Below are positions 51,998 through 62,279 of a DNA stretch of 64,000 nt, piece by piece (position 1 is the first letter of the stretch; the number at the start of each line of letters is the position of its first letter). The DNA is taken from positions 117-64,116 of the forward strand of contig JAGTQU010000001.1 in NCBI GenBank assembly GCA_018396695.1. The letters run 5' to 3'. The DNA comes from Candidatus Bathyarchaeota archaeon (lineage in GTDB: Archaea > Thermoproteota > Bathyarchaeia > TCS64). The translations under genes and the position numbers were made by a program. The notes beneath the pieces are model-generated. The model was given only the letters and a program-made list of their open reading frames with translations, was not told where the DNA came from and did no database searches.

Positions 51998-53502
51998 TCC
52001 AAGAATTCAGCATCACACAATTACCCTTACCGTTAACTATCCTCCTCCTCGGAGGACTATTTACGCCGATTCTAGGCTCCATTCAAAAGCGATTTAGGCT
52101 AAAAAGGATAAGGGAGTTTTGGGCTTCGATTGTTGTAGCACTGACACTCTATTCAATATATTTGGTCAACCAGCAACTTGAATCGAAGCAGGTGCTAGTA
52201 GTTTACCTTTGGGGTCAGAGCCCTCCTTTAGGAGGCTCCTTCGAGATAGATGCCCTAAGCATCTTTATGAGTGGAACCATAGCTTTTCTAGGGCTTTTAG
52301 TCGTCATCTACTCTAGTAAATATATGGAGAAAGAGGGGCGTCTCACTGAGTTCTATACTCTAGTGCTTCTAATGATGGCGGGAATGACTGGAATAGTTAT
52401 GGCTGGAGACTTTTTCACACTATTCGTTTTCTGGGAGCTTATGGGACTATCCAGTTATGTTCTAGTCGCTTTCCTTAAGAGTCGTTGGGGACCAGTCGAA
52501 GCAGGTTTCAAATATCTTTTAATGAGCGCCACTGCCAGTGCCTTTCTTCTGTTGACAATGTCTCTATTATACGGTATGGCTGGGACTTTGAATTTTGCCT
52601 ATCTAGCCTCGAGTTTGAGGGGCTCGGCCGATGTTGCATGGATGACGATAACCTTCAGCATGTTGATCATAGGATTCGGGGTCAAGTCTGCAATTGTTCC
52701 TTTACATACTTGGCTTCCCGACGCTCACCCCGAGGCTCCTAGTCCAATAAGCGCTCTCCTTTCGGGGGTAGTGATAGAAACAGGGTTATACGGGCTTACT
52801 AGACTCCTATTCATCCTCTTCGAACCTGACTTATTCAAAGTAACCATAGCTTCACTCGCCGTTGTAACGATGAGTCTAGCGAACATCTGGGCAATCCTTC
52901 AGCAAGATATTAAAAGACTCTTAGCTTACTCTAGTATTGCTCAGATCGGATACATGCTTATTGGGATTTCAACAGGAACAACATTCGGGGTTATGGGAAC
53001 CTTTCTACATGTATTTAATCACTCGATTATGAAAGGGCTTGCATTCCTTTCTGCAGGGAGCATCGTCCAGAAAACCGGAACGAGAGATATTCAAAGACTT
53101 AAGGGGGTAGGGAGAAGGATGCCTTACACAACATTCGCATTGTTAGTTGCCTTTCTCGGGTTAGGCGGTGTTCCTGCTACAAACGGTTTCATAAGCAAAC
53201 TCATTCTATTCGGATCTGCTATCGGAGCTGGAATGCCTCTACTCACCGTGATCGGGGTTCTAAACAGTGCTTTCAGCATGGCGTACTACCTTCGAGTTAT
53301 CAAAACTTTAGTCTCGAAACCTGAAAAAGAATCCTTAGATGTTAGTGAAGCTCCCATCATCATGGTTGGCGTGACTACTATTATGGCGATCATCATACTA
53401 GTCACAGGTCTTTTCCCGAATATCCTCATAGAGATGGCGAACGGAGCCTCTGAAAGCCTTATAAAAGGCTTAGATTACTATATTAGAGCATTGATCCCTT
53501 AA
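51991..53502 (+). CDS. nuoN: NADH-quinone oxidoreductase antiporter-like subunit (NuoN/NuoM family)
   Basis: 503 aa; WELMGLSSY, HTWLPDAHPEAPSPISALLSG. Confidence 0.8.
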   Translation: MVIQEFSITQLPLPLTILLLGGLFTPILGSIQKRFRLKRIREFWASIVVALTLYSIYLVNQQLESKQVLVVYLWGQSPPLGGSFEIDALSIFMSGTIAFLGLLVVIYSSKYMEKEGRLTEFYTLVLLMMAGMTGIVMAGDFFTLFVFWELMGLSSYVLVAFLKSRWGPVEAGFKYLLMSATASAFLLLTMSLLYGMAGTLNFAYLASSLRGSADVAWMTITFSMLIIGFGVKSAIVPLHTWLPDAHPEAPSPISALLSGVVIETGLYGLTRLLFILFEPDLFKVTIASLAVVTMSLANIWAILQQDIKRLLAYSSIAQIGYMLIGISTGTTFGVMGTFLHVFNHSIMKGLAFLSAGSIVQKTGTRDIQRLKGVGRRMPYTTFALLVAFLGLGGVPATNGFISKLILFGSAIGAGMPLLTVIGVLNSAFSMAYYLRVIKTLVSKPEKESLDVSEAPIIMVGVTTIMAIIILVTGLFPNILIEMANGASESLIKGLDYYIRALIP

Positions 53503-53521
53503 AAGGGATCTTCCATAGTTT

Positions 53522-54490
53522 CTATATTGGTGAATCGTAGGCGAGATCTTTATAAAATAGATCTAGTAAAAGGTTTAGATGCTCTCTTGCTTCTGAAGCA
53601 GAGAAATATTCGAGGTTCTTCTTACTCATAGCGGCATAATCCTTCATTTTTTTAATCGATCTATCTATTGCGTCAGTTTCTTTGAAGATTCGTTGGATTT
53701 TTTTATAATCAATCTTTTCATCTTTGCCTTCGAAAACGTTCAAAAGATAATTCTTGTCTTCTTCATCTATTCGGTTAGATTCAATAGCGTATATGAAAGG
53801 TAGAGTAAGATCTCCATTTACGGTATCGCTTCTCCTACTCTCGTCACTGTTCATTGCATCTTGCAAGTCATCCCTAATCTGGTAAGCGATCCCAAAATTT
53901 CTTCCAAAATCAGAGAAATGGTTAAAAATCGTTTCATCGTCACTAGCTGAAAGTCCTCCTATAGCTGCAGCTGCCTCGAATAGGCTACCGCTTTTCAGGT
54001 ATATTATTTCAATATATTTGGATTCTGAAGCTAATCTCCTTCTATAGAAGGTTTGGAGTGCTACGCCCTGAACCATCTTCAAAGATGTTTCAGAGAGAAG
54101 CCTCACTATTTTGATGTTTCCAGTCTTAGTAGCATATTGGAGACCAAGACTGAGGAGAGCGTCACCTGTTAAAATAGCTCTTTTTCCACCAAACTTCACA
54201 TGGACGGTTGGAGCCCCTCTCCTTGCAAGGTCTTCATCTATAATGTCATCATGGATTAGAGTTCCATTGTGGATAAGCTCAAGAGCTACAAAGGCGTCTT
54301 CAACGATTACGTTAGTGCCTCCCACCATCTCGGCGCAGAGCATGCATATCAGAGGCCTTAAACGCTTTCCCCCTCCTATTAAAGCGTATTTTGAGGGTAT
54401 CTCGAGGAGCGCATCTACTTTAAAATCGATGTTTTCAATCACCTTGTTTACTAGCTCCTGTTTACCTCTTAACTTGTAAAAATCCGACAT
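53522..54490 (-). CDS. geranylgeranyl diphosphate synthase (trans-isoprenyl diphosphate synthase)
   Basis: First DDxxD LIHDDIID, second DD-rich motif GIAYQIRDDLQD. Confidence 0.8.
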   Translation of the reverse strand: MSDFYKLRGKQELVNKVIENIDFKVDALLEIPSKYALIGGGKRLRPLICMLCAEMVGGTNVIVEDAFVALELIHNGTLIHDDIIDEDLARRGAPTVHVKFGGKRAILTGDALLSLGLQYATKTGNIKIVRLLSETSLKMVQGVALQTFYRRRLASESKYIEIIYLKSGSLFEAAAAIGGLSASDDETIFNHFSDFGRNFGIAYQIRDDLQDAMNSDESRRSDTVNGDLTLPFIYAIESNRIDEEDKNYLLNVFEGKDEKIDYKKIQRIFKETDAIDRSIKKMKDYAAMSKKNLEYFSASEAREHLNLLLDLFYKDLAYDSPI

Positions 54491-54695
54491 CGAACCCCTC
54501 TTCTAGATCATCCCTAAGCTAAACCATTTGAATACTTATTTAACTTTAAACTTTATTCTTTTTATCTTGCTTCAGTCTCTTAAGGATCACAAGTCGTAAA
54601 CGGAGGAATCCTATAGGAAGGACTCGAGACTATAACCTTTCTGTCCCCGATTTTTCTTGCTAAGCTTTTAAATCGATAGCGGCATCTTATAATCA

Positions 54696-55886
54696 ATGTC
54701 AAATTTCGATGCTGCATCATTCTTAGAACATGAGATTAAAGCTATCAGAGAAGAATTAGGAAGGGAGAAGGCTCTAATCGCGGTATCAGGAGGGGTTGAT
54801 AGCACAGTATCTGCGATTATAGCTTATAAAGCCTTAGGGGAGAACTTGATATGCGTCTTTATCGATGACAACTTTATGCGTTATTTGGAGCCTGAGAAAG
54901 TTAAGCAGACTTTGTCTTCGCCTCCTCTAAATCTTCCTGTAAAGATCCTTGATTGTAGAAGAAGGTTCATGTCGGCCATTGATGGCTTAAGCGATGCTGA
55001 AGAAAAGAGAAAAGCCTTCAGGGAGACATTCTATAAAGTGCTAGGAGAGACCGCGAAAGAGGAGGGTTGTAGATATCTAATCCAAGGAACGATAAAGGCT
55101 GATATTCTAGAGACTCAACGCGGGATTAAAACCCAGCATAACGTTCTCGAGCAGATAGGGATAGACCCGTTTAAAAGTTTTGGATTAAAAATCATTGAAC
55201 CGTTAAAGACTCTATACAAGTATAAAGTCAGAGAGGTTGCTCGGTTTCTAGGGGTTCCGGAGGAAGTATCTGAAAGACAACCCTTCCCTGGACCCGGGTT
55301 ACTAATCAGAGTCGTTGGTTTAATGACAGAAGAGAAACTCGAAGAGATTAAGCAGGTTACAAGAATAGTTGAAGAGAATTTTGAAGATTATCGAGCCGAT
55401 CAATACTTTGCAGCAATATTCAGCGGAGAAGCTGATGATGCCTCAGAGATAATTGAACGAGCTGTAGCCGATACATTCACAATAAAAGGAATTTCCCTGA
55501 GAACGAGAGTATTACATGAAAGAGGAACTGGGATAATAGATGGTAAACGTGTCTATGGAGCAATATTAGCAGTCGAAGCTGTTGATAAGGATGGTACTCC
55601 TTTAGATTTTAGCTATGACAAGTTGGAAGAGATGAGGATTAAAATTCAAAAAGCAAGTCCAAAAACAACTCGAATCCTATATCTTCTAGACAAAAAGAAG
55701 AGCATAGGATATGTTGTGGCATTGAGAGCTGTAAAAACTAGAGACTTTATTACAGCTAATATTGTAGAAATGCCGTTGAAGGTTTTGAAAGAGACTTCTC
55801 AGAGGATCACTAAAGAGAGACCGAAAGTAGCGGCAGTCTATTTAGATGTTACTCCTAAACCTCCAGCTACGATAGAATTCGAATAA
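54696..55886 (+). CDS. PP-loop ATP pyrophosphatase, GMP synthase subunit B-like, with divergent ~140-aa C-terminal extension
   Basis: SGGVDS PP-loop; GMP-synthase-like NVLEQIG...IEPL..LYK..VR..AR.LG.P......QPFPGPGL. Confidence 0.6.
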   Translation: MSNFDAASFLEHEIKAIREELGREKALIAVSGGVDSTVSAIIAYKALGENLICVFIDDNFMRYLEPEKVKQTLSSPPLNLPVKILDCRRRFMSAIDGLSDAEEKRKAFRETFYKVLGETAKEEGCRYLIQGTIKADILETQRGIKTQHNVLEQIGIDPFKSFGLKIIEPLKTLYKYKVREVARFLGVPEEVSERQPFPGPGLLIRVVGLMTEEKLEEIKQVTRIVEENFEDYRADQYFAAIFSGEADDASEIIERAVADTFTIKGISLRTRVLHERGTGIIDGKRVYGAILAVEAVDKDGTPLDFSYDKLEEMRIKIQKASPKTTRILYLLDKKKSIGYVVALRAVKTRDFITANIVEMPLKVLKETSQRITKERPKVAAVYLDVTPKPPATIEFE

Positions 55887-56310
55887 ATCTCGGATAACAA
55901 TACTCTTCCAACAGACTTCATTTATAGACCTTTTAACAGGACTCAAAAGGATGGATCTTGTCTATTAATCACCAAGGTTGCCAAGTTTTATCAAAGAAGA
56001 AAAAATAGTTACATGCGATTACAACAGTTCTGAGCTTCCGTGAAACACAATATCTCTAGGAATGGGTTTTAATCTTAGAAATAATTAGACTAAGTTTCGA
56101 CTTCTTTCAGTCTTTAAGCATTGTTTAAACCCGTTGAGATATTTTTGATAATATTATCATGATGGAGTCTAACTGTCCACTCTGTAATTACGCAGTTCAA
56201 GAGCAAAGATAAGCTAATTCCGATAAATTCTATTCATCCTCATCTTAAAGCAGACGAACATCATATTTTTAGAATTGAATGATTTTTTAGTTAATAATTT
56301 TTCAAATTAA

Positions 56311-57435
56311 TTATAAAGATTGGCAACGAAGCATAGTTTTGCTGAAGAAAGCCTCTGATTCACAGAGGTTACAAGATGTACATGTTGCCTTATCTTGACC
56401 TGATTGGAGCTTTTTAACGAGGTCCGGCTCTTTTATGAAGGGTCTGCTCATAGAGATCAGATCCGCGATTCCTCTTTTCAAGATCGATTCCATACAAATA
56501 CGGCTTCTAATTCCATTAACTAGGGCAAGAGGCGTAGGTTTAGCAACTTCTCTAATCCTTGATGCGTAACCAGCGTACGATGCCTCCTTTAAAGCAGGGT
56601 CGGTGGATCGAGCTAACCCCCTCATTCCTCTCATATGCTTCAGGTCGTCTGGAAGCCCAAGACCTCCACCGCTAATTTCAATTAAATCAATCCCTTGGCG
56701 ACATATAGTTACAGCTGTTTTCATACTCTCCTCTATTCCAAAACCGCCAGGGATAAAGTCATCACAATTCATCTTCAGCATTATTGGAACACTCTTTCCA
56801 AACCTCCCCCTAATCGCTTCATAGACTTCGATTAGAAGGCGCATCCGGTTTCGTAGGCTGCCTCCCCATTCATCACTTCGTCTGTTTAGGCGGGGGGAAA
56901 GAAACTCTGAGATTAGGTACCCGTGAGCACCGTGAATCTGAACTCCATCAAACCCAGCTTCTAAAGCTCTCTCAGCAGCATCGCCGAAGGCTTCAATGAT
57001 CCCCCAAATTTCTTCTGATGAAAGTTCTCTACCTTCCCATCCTTTGCCTTTATACTCTGAAGGCCCGGCAGGATCTATCATACTTTGTAACCCTCCGTGG
57101 TTCAGCTGTGCTACGATCTTTCCTTCATGCTCATGAACAGCATCCGTCAGCCTTTTTAGCATCGGCAATTGGCTGTCACTATCGATTCCAGCCATTCCGA
57201 CGTGAACTTTACCAGATTTTGAGACATATAAATGTCCTTTGACTATCAGCCCTACTCCTCCTTCAGCCAGCTTCCTATATAATTCCACAATCTCTGGTCT
57301 GATGATCCCGTCATCGTCTGACCAAGCTGAAGTGGTGGCTGACCTCATGAACCTATTCTTCAATTCCATGGGGCCTATTTTGATACTTTCGAAAAGAACC
57401 GACTTTTGCATATAAAATTTAGGACTAGTTTTCAA
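56311..57435 (-). CDS. NADH:flavin oxidoreductase (Old Yellow Enzyme family)
   Basis: 374 aa; TIM-barrel OYE motifs (GVQIHGAHGYLISEFLSPRLNRRSDEWGGSLRNR). Confidence 0.75.
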   Translation of the reverse strand: MKTSPKFYMQKSVLFESIKIGPMELKNRFMRSATTSAWSDDDGIIRPEIVELYRKLAEGGVGLIVKGHLYVSKSGKVHVGMAGIDSDSQLPMLKRLTDAVHEHEGKIVAQLNHGGLQSMIDPAGPSEYKGKGWEGRELSSEEIWGIIEAFGDAAERALEAGFDGVQIHGAHGYLISEFLSPRLNRRSDEWGGSLRNRMRLLIEVYEAIRGRFGKSVPIMLKMNCDDFIPGGFGIEESMKTAVTICRQGIDLIEISGGGLGLPDDLKHMRGMRGLARSTDPALKEASYAGYASRIREVAKPTPLALVNGIRSRICMESILKRGIADLISMSRPFIKEPDLVKKLQSGQDKATCTSCNLCESEAFFSKTMLRCQSL

Positions 57436-57500
57436 CTAAATTAATTTTTGGAGAGAATATATAATTATCTAATTGAAAACGCTCTTTCAGCGCACCCTCT

Positions 57501-57923
57501 CTAACCACGTTTAATCAGTTCAGCTATCAGCCTCATCTCAGCTTCAGTAGGGCGCATACTCATCTTAGCAATCCCTTGAATAACCCCTCCCCTCATCCCC
57601 TTAAGCCTTGGAATTACGTGGATATGAACATGGGGTATCTCTTGACCGCTATCTGGACCGTTATTTATTCCGATCGTACTTGAACTGGCGCTAACAGCGC
57701 TCTGAATCTTACCTGCCAGTTTATGAAGCACTGTGAAGAGTTGTCTAGCATCCTCTTCAGAGAGACGCTCTATCTGAGCCTCGTGGGTTTTAGGGATGAT
57801 CAACGTATGACCAGGAGCAGAGGGATGAATATCGAGGAATGCTAAAACTTTTTCATCTTCATAAACCTTGTATGCCGGCGTCTCTCCTCGGATTATCCTG
57901 CAGAATACGCAATCCCTAATCAT
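57501..57923 (-). CDS. HIT family hydrolase
   Basis: Histidine triad HVHIHVIP. Confidence 0.85.
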   Translation of the reverse strand: MIRDCVFCRIIRGETPAYKVYEDEKVLAFLDIHPSAPGHTLIIPKTHEAQIERLSEEDARQLFTVLHKLAGKIQSAVSASSSTIGINNGPDSGQEIPHVHIHVIPRLKGMRGGVIQGIAKMSMRPTEAEMRLIAELIKRG

Positions 57924-57993
57924 CTATCTACACGAGACTTCTTTAACCTATATGAATTATTAGGCTTTTACAAACGAAATGGGAGCTTTTCTT

Positions 57994-59085
57994 TTATTCA
58001 CTTTTTCTAATGACCTTTAAGGCGCCTTGAGGGCATAACTCGATGCAGCAGAAACATTGTATACACTTTTCTTTATCGAATTTTGGATGCTCATGGATCT
58101 CGATCGCTTTACCTGGGCAGATCTGTTGGCATATCCCGCAGTTTATACATTTCGCTTCGTTACAGATTATAGGCATGTATGCATCAATGAACATGCGTCC
58201 ATCTTGATGAGATTGAGGCTTTTTGAAGGGTCGGATCACCTCCTCTAAGGCTTCTCCAACTATTTCTATCCCACTTAGGTCGGAAGGTGCGAGACCGCGT
58301 TTTACCGCTAAGTAGTTTGTTCCAACCTCCATTGGATCCCAGCCCATAATGGTTGACGCGACCATATCTACAGCTACAGCGTCTGTTCCAGAGATTATTA
58401 AACCAAGGTTAACAGGGTCCCCGGTCGTAGGCCCTTCTCCTTCCATACATATGATCGAATCGACTATGTTAATCTTGACCTTAGAACTGATTGAATCATA
58501 GAGATCTAGAAGGAGGTTACTGAAGCGTTCAGGATCGTTTCTAGTTAAAACGTGGTGGCGTGCTTTCGACCCCCCTTGCTGGAGACCGAAGAGGTTTTTC
58601 ACTGCACATGTCAGGGTGGTGAGGATATGTGTTTTCAACTTCGGAACGTTGATTATCCCATCGCATTTTAATACAAACTCTGGAAACCAGAACTCGTCTA
58701 AGACGGTACCTTTCTCATTTTTAATTTTTATGGGCTTTTCCCTATCCAGCACCTTCAGCGGTATATTCGATTCCTCACAGAGTTTTCTTATTCCGAGTCC
58801 TTCAAAAACCATGTCTGGTCTTGCATAAGCCGCCATTGCTGGGCACTCGCCTACTACTGGCTCTGCTCCAAGTTCCTTGATCATCTTGGCGAGGGTTAAA
58901 ACAATTCTCATATCCGTCGTTGCTCCCTGCTGAGGAGTTTTAGTAGTGAAGAGATTTGGCTTGATCAAGTAAGTGCCTCTAGGTTTAATGAATCCGCTAA
59001 ATCCGCCTAACAGATTGACGGCTTCATAAACGGCGTCATCAACTCTGTCTTCATGAACTTTAACGATCGAGACCTTTGGCTTCAT
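57994..59085 (-). CDS. DUF362-like domain protein with C-terminal 2x[4Fe-4S] ferredoxin domain
   Basis: 363 aa; C-terminal CINCGICQQICP and CIQCFCCIELCP. Confidence 0.6.
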   Translation of the reverse strand: MKPKVSIVKVHEDRVDDAVYEAVNLLGGFSGFIKPRGTYLIKPNLFTTKTPQQGATTDMRIVLTLAKMIKELGAEPVVGECPAMAAYARPDMVFEGLGIRKLCEESNIPLKVLDREKPIKIKNEKGTVLDEFWFPEFVLKCDGIINVPKLKTHILTTLTCAVKNLFGLQQGGSKARHHVLTRNDPERFSNLLLDLYDSISSKVKINIVDSIICMEGEGPTTGDPVNLGLIISGTDAVAVDMVASTIMGWDPMEVGTNYLAVKRGLAPSDLSGIEIVGEALEEVIRPFKKPQSHQDGRMFIDAYMPIICNEAKCINCGICQQICPGKAIEIHEHPKFDKEKCIQCFCCIELCPQGALKVIRKSE

Positions 59086-59215
59086 TCTTCCAAAATATGA
59101 GGAGAAGGTTGTTTAAAAGGAAAACTACTCAAGGTCGTAGTAATGCACTTGAATGTGAATTTTTAAACTATAATAATGAACCAGAAATCTTTTTTAAATA
59201 ATAATCTAGTTTTCG

Positions 59216-60193
59216 TTGAAAAACTTGGACCTCTCATCCGAACCCATTCCTCTACCTATTAATGATCGATTAGCTTTAACAGTTATTTTCAATAGAAAAT
59301 TGAGAATTATTCCAAAACTAGATACAGAGGCAGGATATAGATATCCTGAAGCAGAAGAAATCTTTGGGCTCTCAGATCAAGAGACTATTGAAAAGCTGGA
59401 GCACCTTAGTAAATTAGGTTTCTTCGAAAGGGCATATTACATTACCTTACTGAAGTGTCTGTCTTGCGGAGGCTTCAAAATGCTACTAGTTCTTAGATGC
59501 CCTAAATGTAATAGTCCCAATATACTGAAGGGATCCGTTCTAAGACACTATAAATGCGGATTGGACGGGTTTGAGGAAGAGTTCATTAAAGAGGGAGCCT
59601 ATATCTGTCCGAGGTGCAATACCAATTTAGATAAACCTGGGGTCGATTTTAAGAAGATCGGGGTATGGTACAAATGCTTAAAATGCGGAGAGTTTTTTGG
59701 CGAGCCCCTCGAGAAACTATATTGCTTCAAATGCGATAAAGAATTTTTGAAAGAGGATTGTGTTTTACAGCCCGTTTGGGGGTACGATATTAACGAAAAT
59801 CGATTAAAAAATGTGATACTTGATATTGAGCTAGAGACAGTTAAGAAGTATCTTGAAGAACAGTGGAACGTAGAGTTATTCAGTAAAGTGAAGGGGGATT
59901 CGGGCATTGAACATATGTTCACATTTAGAATATTCACGAAGAACCCCCTATCAGATGAAGTTGTAGTTGATGTCGAATATTCAAAATCTCCAATAAGTCA
60001 AGATGTTGTCATGAAGCTTTTCGCTAAAAAGGTTGATGTTTTCGCGGTAGATTCGGTTCTAATCGCGATCCCGCGGTTAGAAGATGGGGCTAGAAGACTT
60101 TCAGATAGATATGGAATCAAAGTCATCGAAGTGGAGAGTTTGAAGGATGCAATCGAACCTCTGAAAGAGATCGTAAAAAGGGTGTTGAGATAA
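59216..60193 (+). CDS. hypothetical protein with multiple zinc-ribbon motifs and a C-terminal nuclease-like domain
   Basis: 325 aa; five CxxC pairs (CLSCGG, CPKCNS, CPRCNT, CLKCGE, CFKCDK). Confidence 0.45.
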   Translation: MKNLDLSSEPIPLPINDRLALTVIFNRKLRIIPKLDTEAGYRYPEAEEIFGLSDQETIEKLEHLSKLGFFERAYYITLLKCLSCGGFKMLLVLRCPKCNSPNILKGSVLRHYKCGLDGFEEEFIKEGAYICPRCNTNLDKPGVDFKKIGVWYKCLKCGEFFGEPLEKLYCFKCDKEFLKEDCVLQPVWGYDINENRLKNVILDIELETVKKYLEEQWNVELFSKVKGDSGIEHMFTFRIFTKNPLSDEVVVDVEYSKSPISQDVVMKLFAKKVDVFAVDSVLIAIPRLEDGARRLSDRYGIKVIEVESLKDAIEPLKEIVKRVLR

Positions 60194-60987
60194 TGGTGGA
60201 TAAGAAAATTATGAAAGAAAAGGTTTATTGTAAGAATCCGGTTCTTATGAACCTTCTAGATAGACGAGAAGACGGTTCATACTTCGAGTTTCTAATAGTT
60301 CTTGAAAACGTTCCAGGAGCTATAGCGAAGGTCAGCTCTACGATTAGCTCCTTTAATGCAAATATATGGTCAGGTTTTCATGCAACCATCGATGAATTAG
60401 GAGGAGCGTGGGCCTTCTTTTTGGAAGCGCCTCCCTCCGTCTCAGTTGATAGTCTCGTGAAGAAAATTGAAGCTTTAAAGGAAGTTAAAGAACTAAGATT
60501 CAGAAAACTTGATAAAACCGAGTATTTCGACGTATTCTTCTTCCCTCTTTGCATCGGGGGAAATAGGGTAATAATTTTAACTCATGAAGCCTTCCAAGAC
60601 ATCAAGCAACATTTGATAGAGCTATTAGGGACAGGTGGCGAGAGCATACTGTTTAACGAGGGATTAAAGGTCGGTAATACGATACTTAGAAACATACCTG
60701 CAACCTTGAAGATTAATAATGAAAAACTGAACTTCCTAAAAGATTTCCTCAGGGCGACTGGTTGGGGGATCATTGAATATCAGGAGCTTAACCCCCTCAG
60801 AAAAACCGGTGAGATATACATGTGCAATCATATTGAAATTGGACCTAAGTATAGTAAACGTTGCCATTTCATCAGAGGAATTCTCACAAGTTTCCTGCGG
60901 GCTATATTCGATGATGAAGGGTTATCCCTCGTTGAAACGGAGTGTATTGGAGCAGGAGCGTCAAAGTGCGTCTTTAAATTAGTTTAG
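60193..60987 (+). CDS. V4R domain-containing protein
   Basis: 264 aa; C-terminal V4R-like signature CHFIRGILTSFL...ECIGAGASKCVF. Confidence 0.55.
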   Translation: MVDKKIMKEKVYCKNPVLMNLLDRREDGSYFEFLIVLENVPGAIAKVSSTISSFNANIWSGFHATIDELGGAWAFFLEAPPSVSVDSLVKKIEALKEVKELRFRKLDKTEYFDVFFFPLCIGGNRVIILTHEAFQDIKQHLIELLGTGGESILFNEGLKVGNTILRNIPATLKINNEKLNFLKDFLRATGWGIIEYQELNPLRKTGEIYMCNHIEIGPKYSKRCHFIRGILTSFLRAIFDDEGLSLVETECIGAGASKCVFKLV

Positions 60988-61229
60988 TCCATCACCATGA
61001 AGGTTTTACGCCTAAATTTTAAACAATATGCATAGAATCGAATCAAAATGTTATATTGGTCTATAAAAAGGACGGCCAAAGGTAGGACGATAAGTAGCCG
61101 AGCATCTTGCTTCTTCCTATGCGAGACTGTTATGGCGACTAGGGCTTGAATGAGTTCAAGTATTAAGGGAACTATTGGAAAGAGGGTGATCTCCATTAAA
61201 GTGAGGTTTAAAACAGGTTTAAACATCAA
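60984..61229 (-). CDS. hypothetical membrane protein
   Basis: 81 aa, two hydrophobic helices. Confidence 0.3.
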   Translation of the reverse strand: MMFKPVLNLTLMEITLFPIVPLILELIQALVAITVSHRKKQDARLLIVLPLAVLFIDQYNILIRFYAYCLKFRRKTFMVMD

Positions 61230-61632
61230 GATAAGCGATACTCGCCTTTACCCGCTATATATTAAACTGATGATAAAAGGATAATATATTTTTTTAAGAC
61301 TAAAATCCTGTGAAGCAAAGGTTGAAAAACGATATTATACACACTGATTAGGGATAAATTATTTTTAAAATCAAGATTTATTCCTTTTTTAATTCGTTAA
61401 CTGCGAGTAATTTAAATTTGGTATAAGGCATCTAATTTAAAAAATAAGAGAGTTTTCTATATGTAGCCCCAGTTATATGTGCATGAGAACGATATGGATA
61501 CTTGGTTGGAGCTGGGATTGCCTACCGCGTGAGCGTAGTTGTATGGATAATTCCAGTCTCGAATATTATCATGTACTGGACTACTACTGTAACGATGGTA
61601 TCCAAAGGTCATAGTGTCGTAATTTAATAAAC

Positions 61633-62151
61633 CTATGTCGAAGGGTTTATCCGAGGGCTCCAACTTGTGTCGCTTGAGAATTCTGCAATTCCGATTAAAT
61701 AGAATAGTCCATCGTATCGTAAATAGCTTGGTGATATTGTTCCACTGTAATAGTAAGAGCTTAAAGGTTTCATTTGGGTAAAGGTGGCATTATCATAATA
61801 AATATACACTTTTGAAATCAAGAGCTTTTTAATTTGCTCAAAGAATACGGTCTCGCCCATCTCGCCTGTTTCTGACCACTTTGCGCTTTCTATTCTTTTG
61901 AACTCCACGCTAGTATGGTAATCAGGGCTTGGATATTTTTCATATAAAAGATGCCCAAATTCTTTAAACTCGTTAAGATCGAGTATTCTTCCAATATATT
62001 GTTTTAGATCCTCATCTTGAATAGGGACTTCTATATTTTCTTGTTCGGTGGCGACGATTAAAGGAAGATAAGATACCATGGAGTAAGCCGATATTATGGC
62101 AATTATCAGCAGGAATAAGCACGCTTTTTGATTTTTTTCTATCTTTTTCAA
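61633..62151 (-). CDS. hypothetical secreted/membrane-anchored protein
   Basis: 172 aa, N-terminal signal anchor LFLLIIAIISAY. Confidence 0.4.
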   Translation of the reverse strand: MKKIEKNQKACLFLLIIAIISAYSMVSYLPLIVATEQENIEVPIQDEDLKQYIGRILDLNEFKEFGHLLYEKYPSPDYHTSVEFKRIESAKWSETGEMGETVFFEQIKKLLISKVYIYYDNATFTQMKPLSSYYYSGTISPSYLRYDGLFYLIGIAEFSSDTSWSPRINPST

Positions 62152-62279
62152 TTTATTTCCCCTATTTCAATTTTTGCATACGAATATTTTATACTATCAT
62201 TAGATTAAATGTGTTCACACACTTGAACAGCGCACTATATTTTCCTGAGTTGTTCACAAATTAGTATTAATAATGTACT

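Noticed and set aside
61457-62151. Possible single frameshifted gene formed by ORFs 61633-62151 and 61457-61663
   Set aside because: There are no recognisable motifs to show the downstream ORF continues the upstream one. Left as one hypothetical CDS.
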